From assembly GCA_002269645.1 (NCBI GenBank), contig NIVC01000483.1:1-64000 (forward strand): 64,000 nt of DNA, written 5' to 3'. How positions within the stretch are numbered: position 1 is the first letter of the stretch; every line of letters starts with the position of its first letter. Source of the stretch: Macrostomum lignano (lineage: Eukaryota). Below, one piece after another: positions 31,760 through 50,500 of the stretch. Under the pieces are notes generated by a model. It saw only the letters and a list, made by a program, of their open reading frames with translations. It was not told the DNA's origin and did not search any database. Made by a program: the position numbers and the translations under genes.

Positions 31760-32400
31760 TTTTGCCTCCTTCAACGCCTGGAACGCTCGCTCGCATTCGG
31801 CTGTCTAATTTGAATTCGGCGTCCCTCATGAGCAGAAGCCTCTGATCGAGGCGCCGTAACTTCGGCAAAGTTGGGCACGGACCGCATCAGGTAGTTGGAG
31901 GATCCCAGAAACGCCTGCAGTTCATTCTTTTTTGCCTGTGCGTGCAGCTCCTTGAAGGCCTTAGTTTGAGACACGGACAGTCGCATGCCGTCAGCCGAAA
32001 ACACAAAGCCGAAGAACTCGATCTCGGTCCTCCGCAGCTGGCATTTGTCCATTGTTGGCCTTCAGGCCGACTTCTTCCAGTCGCTTCAACAGAGCGCAGA
32101 GCATTGAGTCGTGCTCGGCCTCCATTGCTCCGTAGAAGATAAAGTCATCCAAGATGTGCTCCACTCCGGGCAGGCCGGCTACCAGGTGGCTCAGCATCCT
32201 TCTAAGGCCGCCGGCGCTGACGCTAGGCCGAACGGCACTCGGAAGAATCGGTAAGCGCTGGGCCGAACGGCACCAGGAAGAATCGGTACAATCTCTGGTG
32301 TGTTATGAATGTCCTCAGTTCATGTGATGACTCGTGGAGCTGCATCTGCATGTAGCCCGCCTTGAGGTCGATCTTGAGGTCGATTAGGCCATGAGGCCCC
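31760..32400 (-). mobile_element. Frameshifted Ty3/Gypsy reverse transcriptase fragment
   Basis: IDLKAGYMQMQL...HILDDFIFYG...KCQLRRTEIEFFGFVFSADG...LQAFLGSSNY..FAEVTAP. Confidence 0.85.
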
Positions 32401-32409
32401 TATCGCAAC

Positions 32410-33560
32410 CCCAAGCTAAAAACAGAAAGGCGTTAGCCTTGGGGCTGCGCCCACCCCTCGCCAGCAGCAGAAGAGCTCGGGAGTGTGGCGTCCGCGATCT
32501 TCATCCGTCCAGAGTCCCGAACGAATGCGCGTAGGTCCCGGATCCGGTCCGGAGTGGTGAGCTCGTCCAGCCCTAGCGGGCGACCGAGGTGACGTCTCCC
32601 CGCCTCGTTGAAGTGCGGGCAGAAAGTGAAGTGGTGCGTCGAGGTTTCCTCCTCTAAATCACAGAAGGGGCAGATAGGGGAGCAACCACTTTGTAGTGAA
32701 ATATGTCTCTGGAAGAAGCCATGGCCAGTAATGACCATGCGCACCTCCCTGAGGTCAGTTTTACTTAAGGAGATTAGATAGTCAAATACTTTCCGGTTTA
32801 TGGCAGGCATTGCCGTTCGTGTTTGCCGACATTCGGAGCAGCTGTTCCAGTGCATCTGGTGTTGGTGGTTCAGCCATTCTTGAATGGCGCGGTTGACTGA
32901 TGACTTCGGAGAAGGTAACTTGACCGAACGTTGCGCTCCATCCGGGATACTACCCCGTTTGGTGAGTTGATCCACTAGCTCGTTGCCGAGGATGTTGCTG
33001 TGACCTGGTGTACAGATAACATTGATCCTGTTGAGAATCGCCATGGTCTGCAAGCTTTTGAAGCAGTCTGAAACTGACTTGGTTGAGAGCTTGATGAAAG
33101 ACAAGGCCTTAATAGCTGCCTGACTGTCAAAGTAAAAATTTATGTCCAAGCTGCTGATGCCAGCTTTGTGCTAATGCTCAGCGCACTGTTTGATGGCCAT
33201 AACTTCGGATTGAAAAACTGAGACATTCTCACCAAGATGAAGACTCTCTTGTAAGATCGCCTCACCCTTGTGGAAAATGGCTATGCCCGCGCCAGCCAGG
33301 CCGTCACTCAGGGATCCGTCAGTGAAGCAGTGAATGCCATGGCTTCTCCGGTTGATGCCCACGTTCATTGGGTGGCACGTTCATTGGGTGGCTTGGGGTA
33401 CACTTGAAGCCCTTCCTGAGAATGAGAGTGGGGGTTTACAGTCCATCTCGTCTAAATTGAGTTGGATGTGTTGAAGTTCGCGACGGATGTAATCCAGATG
33501 TGGGATGGGAGTCTTCTCAGGCATGAAGCCCGATGGGCTCAGAAAGTCATGGTGACGGGT
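32410..33560 (-). mobile_element. 3' end of a non-LTR retrotransposon (RNase H + CCHC, R1/I/Loa-like) abutting the Gypsy RT fragment
   Basis: [39 protein letters not shown] (RNase H) with one in-frame stop near 33172; [18 protein letters not shown] zinc knuckle. Confidence 0.85.
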
Positions 33561-34197
33561 CTGTTTGATGCTGTATGTGTTACTCTCGGCCGGTTAATGA
33601 TGCAAACGTCCTATCTCTGAATATGGTTTCTAAATGTCTTTTGTTCCTTCGCCTTTTGCTCCTAATTGCACTTCTTGCAGTGCTTTGCTTGAATATCCAA
33701 CTACATGCATGTACGTCTTGTCTCAATGCACTATCGCACTGGTATTTTGTGGTCCCTGGTCTGAAGTCTTCTGCAACTCTTCTGTTGCTTTTTCATCGTT
33801 ATATCTGCAATTTAGCGTAGATCAAAGCATTGCCGAGTGGGCCTAAGCCACGTTAATGATGCTTCGTAAAATAATACGCAATCTTGAGAAGACTCAAGTA
33901 AAAACCATGTTGACAATTACATCGGAGACATTTAACTTTATCTATACGAAGATGAATTCTTCCTCAAAACTCTGCATGGAATTTTTACTCGTACCTTTTC
34001 TGTCTCTCCATAGCCACTTCTTCCAGCAGCGGCGGATAATTCAGTAGAAAACCTTAGAACTCAACTTCTTTGCAGTGTCTGCAAATCCTATTTAAAAATT
34101 CAAGCGAAGTGGTAGATGAGAGGCCACTGCAAGCGGCTGCAGTCACACAACTGAGACGCCAGCATCAGGGGATAGGCTTGCTGTGTCTAAGAGCATA

Positions 34198-34553
34198 ACG
34201 CTGCTTCTAAACTTCTTTTCGTGATCAAAACAGAAGCTGGTTCCGCTCCCAGACGCTATACAACCTCGACAACTCTGCTGACTTCGAACGCCAACGAGTG
34301 GGTGAACATCGGCTTCACATCGACTCCAGCGGCTGACTCGTGGGGAGAGTTCGTAAACGACGCCTTCTTGCCGACGTCCTCCTTGGGTTCGACTACTAGT
34401 GTCAGCTTCATCTTGCTGCCTCAGAACTGCTTCAGGTTCGGCAAGCGACTGAATGACGCTCGAATGTTCAAAGGCACTGTGCGGGCCATCGCCATGAGCA
34501 ACGTCACCATTTCTGAGAGCGAGATTCACGAATTTTACAACAATATCCAGTGA
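34198..34553 (+). pseudogene. LamG-family copy E (C-terminal half only)
   Basis: AASKLLFVIKTEAGSAPRRYTTS...EWVNIGFT...MFKGTVRAIAMSNVTISESEIHEFYNNIQ*; clear homology starts at ~34198; central block absent. Confidence 0.7.
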
Positions 34554-34779
34554 AACTCAGAATTTACTTTTAAATTGAAACTCTTATAAATTAATTCGCC
34601 TTAGTCTCTGATGTGAGAGATAGACTATATTATTTTCTTATGCTAGAGTAGATGAGAAAAAGTTCAAACTTATTCCTTGCTTGTGTACGGTTTGCCTAAA
34701 TTTAGTTTAGTAGCTTTTTTATAATTTATTAATTTCCATTGAAAAATTCCATTGTCGCATTAGTATTAGCGACTCCCTA

Positions 34780-35030
34780 ACTCCCCACAGATTAGTACTA
34801 CTTCCCACAGATTACCACTACTCCCCACAGATTAGCACTACTTCCCACAGATTACCACTACTCCTCACAGATTAGCACTACTTCCCACAGATTAGCACTA
34901 TTCCTCACAGATTAGCACTACTCCTCACAGATTAGCACTACTTCCCACAGATTACCACTACTCCTCACAGATTAGCACTACTCCTCACAGATTAGCACTA
35001 CTTCCCACAGATTAGCACTACTTCCCCAGG
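34780..35030. repeat. 20-bp minisatellite, ~12 copies
   Basis: (CACAGATTAGCACTACTTCC)n. Confidence 0.9.
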
Positions 35031-35859
35031 TTAACACTTGTCCCCAACCACAGATAAGCACTGCTCTAGAAGATTAACACAGCTCTAGCAAAAATTTCAT
35101 TTAACCTAAATATTAAAAAATCTGTAATTTCATCAGTATAATATTATAAGGTAAATATAATATACGTACTTTTAATTCAGATAAATTCTCTGCTTCCATG
35201 CAGACTCGAACTGCGACCTTCCGCTAAGCTGCATTGAGGACTGGTCGGAAATGCCTTATAGAATAATGTTTGATTTTATGATTGGAAACAGGGGATGCTA
35301 GCTTCCACACTCTAAATTTACTCGCTAGAACCTGATCCGGACACTGCAGTTGACAACCATGGAACTTTATCCAGAAATGTAGAGAGATTTTCGCAAATTT
35401 CCACTAGAGTCATTTGTTCCAAATCTAAGCCTATGATTAGGCTTCATGAATTCAACGAAATTAAAATCCGGTTGTGCAACTCAAATAAGAAATCTACATG
35501 TAGCAGCTTCCCTTACTTGTCCGGCATTAAAGGTTGCTGCGCCATGTAAACATTTGCCTTGGCAGCTGCAAACTCTGATATTTGACACCGATGCAGACGG
35601 AGCCAACTAAATTTTGCCTAGTTGGCTCCGTCTTTTGCCCTGTGCGATCAGTTTTTAGTGAGAACGCTTCGAAATGGAGGATCTGTCAGATATTGAAAAA
35701 AAGTAATCTGCTAAATTTGGCAAATTAATTATTCACTTGTCGGTCTATAAACGCTGGATACGAGCTATTATCATTAGCTCTCTGATATCTTCGTATAGTA
35801 CTGTTTTCTGAGTAAGTCGACGTCTTCATTAGTTACATAGATCCGATGCCTGACCGAAA

Positions 35860-36445
35860 AGCGTCAGGGTCAGGGAGCGGCACCAGCTTTGGCTTTGAAC
35901 ATCCGTGCTCCTAGATAAAGTGGTGGATAATTCCAGTTTCGAAGTCAAAGCAGTTTAGAAAATTGAAGAAGATCTGCACCTGCGGCTGCCGCTTCATCCT
36001 GAGCAGCACCGTGACGCCTGTGCCGAACCCGATGTCGCTCTTGTTCATGGCCAGAAACGAGCTGCTCCCATCGAACGCGGCGCCCTCCTCTGTCCACTGG
36101 ACTCCGATCGGATAAATTCGGTTGGTCTCTTCGTCAGCCTGGCACACGACATTCTCAAATGCAGACATGTCGTCTCCGAGCCACACGTTTGTGAGCTTCG
36201 GGTTGAGCTGAGCCGGATATTTGATCGGAAATCGGATGAGCACTCGGCAGTCGCTGCTCGCACCGCCAGAGACAGGTCGCGACACACGGACTGGTAGCGG
36301 AAGAGACTGCAGCGGAGAGCGGCCGGCTCGAACTGGGCAACGAGAATGCCGGATGGAAACGCATCGGTCGCCTGCATGCTGCAGTGCTGTTCCGTGAATG
36401 CCTTGGAGATGCGGAATGCGGCAGCATCGAACAGGCAGTGCAAGG
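35860..36445 (-). pseudogene. LamG-family copy F (pseudogene)
   Basis: D-type N-cassette without signal peptide, -1 frameshift at ~36275, intact central block, TGG>TAG nonsense at 35911-35913, only a residual KAGAAP after it. Confidence 0.8.
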
Positions 36446-37417
36446 CGGAACAGTACAAGATACAAAAGATTGAATGGTAGCTTCTAGTGGTCTTCACTGC
36501 ATACTCTTATCTTTGAAAGTTTTTTTTTAGTTTTTACAGTATTTCAAAGTGTTTGAACTTGAACGTAATAAAAGGTGCAATTGTGTAAATTTCAATAAAC
36601 GATACATCATGGCCCATCATGGGATAGACAACGTTTCCTATGTAACTTCTTGTCTTATGTATTCTTGAGATTACATGAAAAAAGTGTCGACACTCCCCAA
36701 GAGCAACATCTAGATGTAGCAAGCTATACTTGGACAAAAATAGGGCGTCCGAGCATACCCAGTCACGTGTTGTTGGCTGACGAAATACGAGTAATAGTCT
36801 CACCTGAGCTTGGGAGGGGGCATTGGGTCTGCAGGGCCAAAGCAAGCCATCGACATGTACGCAGGCATCTCTTGCTTCTCCTCTGCCTGCACTGGTCAGT
36901 AGAATTCTGCCTGAATAGAAATCCACGCTTTGTGCACTGAAATTTTTCAGGACAATGGCTCAAGGGAATGAAGAAAACACTTGAGTAAACACGCGGCCAG
37001 GCTTTAAGGTAGAACTATTTTAACGCTACTCAAACTTGAATGCGAATTGTTCCTCCCTCTGCCTGTCTGTTTTTTCTTTCTGTTCCAAAACTCGTTTCAG
37101 CTCGTGTATGTATTTTTCGTCTGCAAGCGTTGTAAAAACGTATTAACGACGCAATACAAACATACAGAAATTTATAAATCTAGCTTTAAGATCCAGAAAC
37201 CTCCGTTGCTAGAATAAGTTCCTGCGAAGTTTTTTAACATCCGGTCGTTAATTGCAGGTAGTTTTTAACTCATTTTGTACGAGCTAAGATTTCTTATGTC
37301 ACTGAATCTGCCTATCCGCTCTCACCTCAGTCTCTGAATCTGGCTCTACGCTCTCCCTCAGTCCCTGAATCTGCCTCTCACTAATGAAGTCATTTGACCC
37401 CTTCCTTCTAGCAAACA

Positions 37418-42249
<4,832 letters not shown>

Positions 42250-44299
42250 AAATGGAATTACAAAAAAATTGAAAAATGTGCAAACTACTGCTTTGTTTTA
42301 ATGTTTTACTTCTTAGAAACGTTCGAGCACAATAGGCAGCTGCGCTTAGCCTTGACCAAATGGTTTTGATGAATGCTTCTATCTAACATCTTGATTTTTA
42401 TTTGCATGGAATTTATATATAGTTCTCGGCTTTTGTTGAACGTCCTAACATGAGGCGTTTAGCTTATCTGTAAATGTAAGATTAAGATACAATTCCAACT
42501 CTTTTTTTGATCACATATGAGCTTGCAGTGTTGACTTTTTAAGGCTGTTGACTTCATGCCTGACTTTGAATATAACTTCTGAACATCTGCACTATAAATG
42601 CATATATATATATAAATAATCCATTTGCATGTAAACACTATGTGAACGCGAAATTGTAACAGCTTACACGAGTAGCTACACATATATTTTTTACATTAAA
42701 TACGGTTTGTTTTAGTTGTTACCATGCAATTGCTGCGCGGTACTTGATGAAGTCCTTTAGACTACAGTGGAAGCAGCAGCTGTAGCTGTAGCTCATTGAT
42801 CTTAAAGTTTAAGCTGGCAATTAATAAAAAATTGACGCTTGTACACCAAAAGTTAACATGCGCTATAAGCACTAAATATACACCTTAAAAAAACGATCTA
42901 CTTGTGTTTGGTCTCTAATAACAGCTCAGAACTTTGTACTTTAAGCGCTAGTAAATCTTAAGAACAATTATATTACCAAATTGTTTCTTCCAATCTTGTG
43001 CAGTAAAGCTAAATTCGTCGTGTACACACGTTTCAGTACAATTGGACTACTCAAGTAGAACGGGAAGCTACGTTTCTATGAAAAATTAGGAGGCCGGTTT
43101 ACCAAAAATATATTATGAGCTGGTTTGATTTTTTCAGCACAAAAGTGTTATTGCTTTTGATAGAAGGGATCGAGACCCAATGGTTCATGTCTTGCCTTTC
43201 TTAGGTAGCTCGATCTATTGATATTCATAGTAAAGCTTTTCGTTTAGAAAATTAGGATTCTATGATGCTCCGTAACATACATGTAACATGTATTTTTCGA
43301 TAAAAACATTGCCTCTTAAAAACTTACAAGAAACGTCGCTTCAAATCCTTCTACTTGACTTGTCCTTGATACGCCCTTTGAACTTAAGGGGTGTATATAT
43401 TGAAGATCCATTGGCCGTTGTGTTCTATATTGATCTTACCGCCGTGCTCATGCTTTTTCGCAAGTGCAAATTAAGAGTAAGCCTAAAATATTCTAAAACA
43501 AAGTAGCTTAAAAATGTAATAATTTTTTTTTGGTTTTGGCATACTTTAAAGAAAATCTAAAACTAAATAAAAATGTTATTATAACAGTTTTGTTCTAACG
43601 AAAAGTAGCTTCTAGGAAACTTCCGCACTTAGAAATGTGGCAGTGGGGTTGCCACAATTTAATAATTTTTTTAATAATTTTTCATTTTAAATGCGCGCCC
43701 GTATTTTCCTCGTGAATACCAACCCGTGCGGCCAACCATTGTTATATGACATCACCCCCTCCTCTTGTTGGCCCCGTGTGTGGACCCACCGTTGCTATTC
43801 AGTTTCCCATCGTTGGCTAACAGCCTTTTCATTAGTTGGAATTAAGCGGTTCATTATATATTTTCTGTGTAATTTCTCCTTTAACCATTGTATGGCCCCC
43901 TTGTTGGCTAATCTTTCCCCCATGCTTTGGACGTTGCCTTACTTTTTGCTTATATAAACTACTCATGCTCAGTTGCCAACTTTTCTAACTTTCTTCTTGC
44001 GCGATCGCTCCCTCACTATCTTGTCTGTTTATCTCTACAGTTCATTAATTTATTAGTCTATTAGCGCACCGGCGCCCGTGTAGTCATCATCGTCATTATA
44101 TTACTCATTAATCCATAAATAACCTGCTTTAAAATTAATAACCATAATTACTTTAATAAATAACAACAAATTAACACTTAATATTTATTCCGTTGACTTA
44201 AGCCATAGCCTATCTTGAATCCTTTGCCCGTGGGGCGTAAAATAACCGAAATCTCATCTCAAAGAAAGCTCTGAGATCATTAAACGTTCCGTAATACGT

Positions 44300-44760
44300 A
44301 AATTACGGTGGTGGCAGCAACTACCCTACTGACAGTAAACAGCTCTGCAAATCGACACATTAATTTACGGTGTCCATCTCCGGTGTCTACCATCTGAACG
44401 ACCGTGCCGCTCTAACGACCGCTCTGCTACGATTACGACTACCCTCCCCCCGGAATTTGAGGACCCCGGCTGTCGGAGTAAAAGGAGAAGAAATTCGTGG
44501 TGATTCGTCTGCGCGATTTTCCGGCTTTATTCGTGTTTCAACAACGCCGGCGGCAAATTCAAACGAGGAATTCGCCCCACCCCATGGTGTCAGCAACTAA
44601 TTTCAAACAACCAATTACCCAAGAAAACTTTCTCCACCCCACCTCAGAAACTTAATTTTAGCGAGAACTGAGTCCATGGCTCCCATGGCTCCCAAATAAA
44701 ATAAATAAATAAATAAAAAATGGCTCCCGCCGCGGACGGGCGGGCGAATAAAAAAAATCG
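44300..44760. promoter_or_regulatory. CpG/GC-rich island, candidate promoter or 5' exon of beta-TrCP
   Basis: Local GC/CpG enrichment between AT-rich flanks, upstream of a 2.7-kb AT-rich stretch and the first coding exon. No transcript evidence. Confidence 0.25.
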
Positions 44761-47578
44761 TTCTATTTATGGATGGAGTGTAGTGAACGACTCTTGAAGA
44801 ATGGCAGATTTTAACCAGCCTTTTTCCTAGTCTATAGAGTATACTTTAGATCTACCTTAATAAGCTTATTGTCCAAGGCCATAATTTGCTTATTATTGCG
44901 ATTATTTCAAGACATATGATCACATCGGAGATCATACTATAATATATGTTAGAAATTTCTTATTAATGTAAATTGTATTGGCAGTTGAATTAGAAGTTGG
45001 CATAAATATAGCATATTTCTCCTTATATATTATATTAACCATAAAATGTCATAAATTGGATAAAAAGCTTGGCATACATTGGTATAAAATTTGATAAATT
45101 GTCTTTTTTTCCTAGTGACCTAGCTAAAGCCTATTTCTACAATATATAAATATATATTCCATAGTGATAGCTCGGAACACTATATGTACCTAAGAAAAAA
45201 ATGACCAAATTTTTTGGTGTATGCCAATATATGCCAAATACATTACCTTATGGCAGAGCTTCAAATTGTAAATTTTGAAACATTTAATACTTTATTAGTG
45301 ATTTTGACATTTAGGCTAGGCCTAGGCCTAGTTTCAACTTTCAATTAGATTAGATGCAGTTAAACAAAAAAGAATTTTAATATTTATATTTGTCTAAGTA
45401 TCATATTTTGTATATATGTAACACATATTTTGTATATATATATATAGAGAAAAAAACAGTTGGTATATTTTTTTAATTTCAAATTATTACCTTGTAAAAA
45501 TATAGAAATCAATTTTGGGTAAAATAGTTACCAAATTTTATGATTATAATGCATAAACAACTTATAATTCTTTTTGAAAACATACTTTTTTAATTTTCTA
45601 TGCATATGATATACCAAAATACTAAACTAAAAGGCAAAACCCAAAATCACTTTTTATATGCCAATATATACATCAAATTTCTTGGATGTACCCTAGAAAC
45701 TTTAGGAATATATATCTTTTTCTTGACTAGGTCTATGATATATTGTATACTATTATAGACAGCTTTGTTTATTTTTTGAATAATAGCAAGGTGCTGGTTC
45801 ATTTAGTAGTTTTTCAACAGAAATCAGATTGAAGAGAAAACAAGGGGAGAGTGATTCGTGTCACTGCCATTGCCATATATTTATAGATTTGTAAATGTCT
45901 TCTAGAAATTTCTAGAAAGATTGAGCACATCTTAACAAAGCAAATAAACACTTAATTATATACATTACGCAAATACAAGTAGAATATTAACAGTGGAGTA
46001 ATAATTAATTATTTACTATTTATATGCATATGTAATAGATAAGCTGCTAACTTGAAGAAGTTTCTGGAAAAATAATAATGTTTTAACTTTTAGAAATCTA
46101 ACAAAATTTTGAGAAAGTTATTAAAGTATGCTATACCATCTCAAATTATATTATAGATAGGTTTCTAGATAGGTATATATCTTATCACTATCAATATAGT
46201 ATATAATTAAAATATTTCTTGATATTATTATTGCATAAAATTATATTATTAATACTTATAGAGCACCTATTATATTTTAAATGCTAAATTAGCTGGCCAA
46301 AAAAGGTTAACAAGTATATAGACCTATCTATGTGGCACTGTTCCTATGGTTTCTTTATCACTTAAATAAAAGGCTAAATTTTATTAACTTTACTTAGTTG
46401 TCTTGTTAACATTAAACAAAAGTGCTTTTGGCAATTGAAGTTATCTAGCTAATAAAAAAAATCGAAATAAGTATACTAATATACTAGTAGTATATTATTA
46501 TTAATATAAAAATTTTTTAATTATTAACTTTAGCATTTTATTGGAGATTGACTGTGATCGTAGGCTTAGTCACAATCATGAAAACTATGATTACGAGGAA
46601 AAAAATCGCATATTGTCTGTTGCCAATCATAATTTGTGAATTTCTTGATTTAAACCTTACTTTTTAAGTCGTAGCACAATATTCTAAAATATATGATTGT
46701 GAAAAGCAAACCAAAATTGTTACAAATCAGCATAGATATAACAAAGCCACATAATAAAATATGGTAAAACAATAAACTTAATAAAACAAAGCTTAAAAAT
46801 CAATACAAATTGCTAGACTTAGTAGTATTAAAACAAATAGTTTTATGTCTAATTTAAAATGTATGTTAAAAAATTCATGGTCATGCATTGTTTCATGCAT
46901 TGTCTAGTTCTAATCATGCACAAAAGAAAAAATCATAGTTGGTCAATCCCAAATTTTTATCTAGTTTTTTTTTACTTTGCCTAACACTGCCACCTAGAAT
47001 AGATATTAGGTTACTAGGAATTAGATGTAAGATGCTCTTATTCTAAAATGCCAATGTCTCTAAACTAAAAATTGCGCCAATATTTAAATATTATTTATAT
47101 AGCCCTAGGTCTTACAAATTTAAAGTATTTCCCAAACTCTTTTCAAACTAACTATAAATATAAAGACATTCAAACTATATTATTATATGCTTATTCAACT
47201 GAAAATATACTAACTATATAGTAGTGTAATATAGTACATAAGTTATTTTTATAATTATTTATTTATTGATAAGATTTTAATCAAGCCGGAATATGATATA
47301 TATCTAGTAAAAACTCACAACTGGTTTTTTTAATAGTAATTAAAATATGACTAACATTAAGAGTCTAATGTTTAGATGTTTTTCAATTTTATGAATTAAT
47401 AATCATTTTCCAATCTGTAATTAATAATATAATTACAATAATAGCTAACATAAAACAATTGAATAATATAGATGATAAAATTTTCATTTCTTTCTACTTG
47501 TATCATCCTTTGGAACACTAAACTATGTGCCTCTATACTGCACCTTGGAATTTATGCTGTACCAGAAAAAGCTACATC

Positions 47579-50500
47579 ATGTCTCTGTCTGAACAATTTC
47601 TGTCTGAGCAGTCAGTCTGCTTGGAGCAATTCTCCACTTGGTCAGAAATGGAACAGGTGAACTTTGTTGAACAGTTACTGGGCAGTATGTCGCATTATCA
47701 GCATGGCCAAGTGCAGGAATACTTAGCTCCCATGCTGCAGCGAGACTTTATCAGTGTACTGCCAACATGTGGCTTGGATCATTTGGCTGAGCGAATCTTG
47801 GCCTGTTTGGATGCAAAATCTCTGGCCTCTGCTGAGATGGTGTGCAGCGAGTGGCGACGGGTTGTATCTGAGGGCCTGCTGTGGCGTAAGCTGATTGAGT
47901 CGCAGGTGAGCGTTGAGAGGATTGACTTTGGGGACTCAAATATTTGGTTAGCAACTGTTTAGTTTCTGGCCCAGCCTCCCAGATCCTCAGTTGCTGGGCC
48001 AGCCTCCCAGATCCCTAGTTGCTGGCCCAGCCTCCCAGATCCTCAGTTGCTGGGCCAGCCTCCCAGATCCTCAGTTGCTGGGCCAGCCAGCCTCCCAGAT
48101 CCTCAGTTGCTGGGCCAGCCTCCCAGATCCCCAGTTGCTGGGCCAGCCTCACAGAGTGTCAGTTGCTGGGCCAGCCTCCCAGATCCTCAGTTGCTGGGCC
48201 AGCCTCCCAGATCCTCAGTTGCTGGGCCAGCCAGCCTCCCAGATCCTCAGTTGCTGGGCCAGCCTCCCAGATCCCCAGTTGCTGAGCCAGCCTCACAGAG
48301 TGTCAGTTGCTGGGCCAGCCTCCCAGATCCCCAGTTGCTGGGCCAGCCTCCCAGATCCTCAGTTGCTAGGCCAGCCTCCCAGATCCCCAGTTGCTGGGCC
48401 AGCCTCCCAGATCCTCAGTTGCTAGGCCAACAGCCTCCCAGATCAGTTTCTGGGCCAGCCTCCCAGATCCTCAGTTGCTGGGCCAGCCTCCCAGATCCTC
48501 AGTTGCTGCTTGCTGGGCCAGCCTCCCAGAGTGTCAGTTGCTGGGCCAGCCTCCCAGATCCCCAGTTGCTGGGCAAACCAGACAAACCGCACTGTACTTT
48601 AAAATTTGCTTGCAGGTGCGCAGAAGCAATCTGTGGCGCGGGCTGGCCGTCCGCAGAGGCTGGCTGCGAGACCTGCGCCGGCCGCAGCGAGACGGAGCGG
48701 AGAGCGACGTCGGCAGTTCAGACAGCCACTACAGGCAGCTGTACCCGAAGATTCTCAGCGACATCAGGCGAATCGAGAGCAACTGGGCCAAGGGCAGTTT
48801 TAAATTGCGTCGAATTCAATGCCGAAGCGAATCTTCCAAAGGAGTTTATTGCCTGCAGTACGACGAGGACAAGATTATTAGCGGCCTAAGGGATAACACC
48901 ATCAAAGTGTGGGATCGTAAATCTCTTGAGTGTACTAAGGTAAGGGATTCGGATTTCGGAATGGGGATAATAATATAGCATTAATCTTTGTGTAGAGGAT
49001 TCAAATCAAAAAATCGTAGGTGATTATCGATTTAGGTTATTTTATCAATTGGGATTATAAAACACAAGAGGGGATTATCAATTGGGATAATTAATCACTG
49101 GAGGGGATTATCGATTGGGATTATAAACCACAAGAGAGGATTATCAATTGGGATTATAAACCACAAGAGAGGATTATCGATTGGGATTATTAACCACAAG
49201 AGGGGATTATCAATTGGGATTATTAATCACTGGAGGGGATTATCGATTGGGATTATAAACCACAAGAGAGGATTATCAATTGGGATTATAAACCACAAGA
49301 GAGGTTTATCAATTGGGATTATAAACCACAAGAGAGGTTTATCAATTGGGATTATAAACCACAAGAGAGGTTTATCGATTGGGATTTTAAACCACAAGAG
49401 AGGATTATCAATTGGGATAATTAATCACTGGAGGAGATTATCGATTGGGATTATAAACCAAAAGAGAGGTTTATCAATTGGGATTTTAAACCACAAGAGA
49501 GGTTTATCAATTGGGATTATAAACCACAAGAGAGGTTTATCAATTGGGATTATAAACCACAAGAGAGGATTATCAATTGGGATTATTAATCACTGAAGGG
49601 GATTATCGATTGGGATTATAAACCACAAGAGAGGATTATCAATTGGGATTATAAACCACAAGAGAGGATTATCAATTGGGATTATTAACCACAAGAGAGG
49701 ATTATCAATTGGATTATAAACACATTGGGATTATTAACTTATCACCACAAGAGAGGATTATCAATTGGGAGAGAGGATTATCAATTGGGATCAGAGAGGA
49801 TTATCAAACTATGGGATTAGAGAGGATTATCAATTGATTATGCATCTCCCTTATCCGATATCCCCATCATACAATTATCACACAAACCAGGTGCTATCCA
49901 GTCATATGGGCTCCGTACTGTGCCTCCAATACGACGATGACATAATAATTAGCGGCTCCTCTGACAGCACAGTGCGAGTCTGGGACGTGCGCACTGGCCA
50001 ACCGTTGAACACACTGTATCATCATTGCGAGGCCGTGCTCCATCTGCGCTTCTGCGACGGCCTGATGGTCACGTGCTCCAAGGACAGATCCATAGCCGTG
50101 TGGGACATGCACTCGCCTAGCGACATCGCGCTTAGACGAGTTCTAGTAGGCCACCGAGCCGCCGTGAATGTTGTAGATTTCGATTCGCGCTACATTGTGT
50201 CAGCTTCCGGCGATAGGACTATTAAAGTTTGGCACACTGCCAGCTGCGAGTTTGTGCGCACCCTGAGCGGTCACAAGCGCGGCATCGCCTGTTTGCAGTA
50301 TCGCGATAATCTGGTTGTTAGCGGCTCGTCTGATAATTCTATCAGACTGTGGGATATCGAGAGCGGAATCTGTCTGCGAGTGCTCAATGGTAAGTTTGAA
50401 ACTGTAGATTCACTTCAAACTTCAAAGGCGCCGCCCCAACCTTTCATTAAACCCTTATCGGTAAGCATCAAAGGCCCGCCTTTCATTGAACCCTTTTCGG

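Noticed and set aside
33575-33820. Signal-peptide-like ORF as first exon of copy E
   Set aside because: No homology to family N-termini and no convincing splice path to 34198.
35190-35240. tRNA 3' half on the minus strand
   Set aside because: T-arm-like hairpin only; no D arm or matching 5' acceptor strand.
34198-36445. Copies E (3' half, +) and F (5' half, -) as one gene split by an inversion of 34198-35910
   Set aside because: Attractive geometry, but F keeps its own decayed KAGAAP segment overlapping the start of E, and no matching breakpoint repeats were seen.
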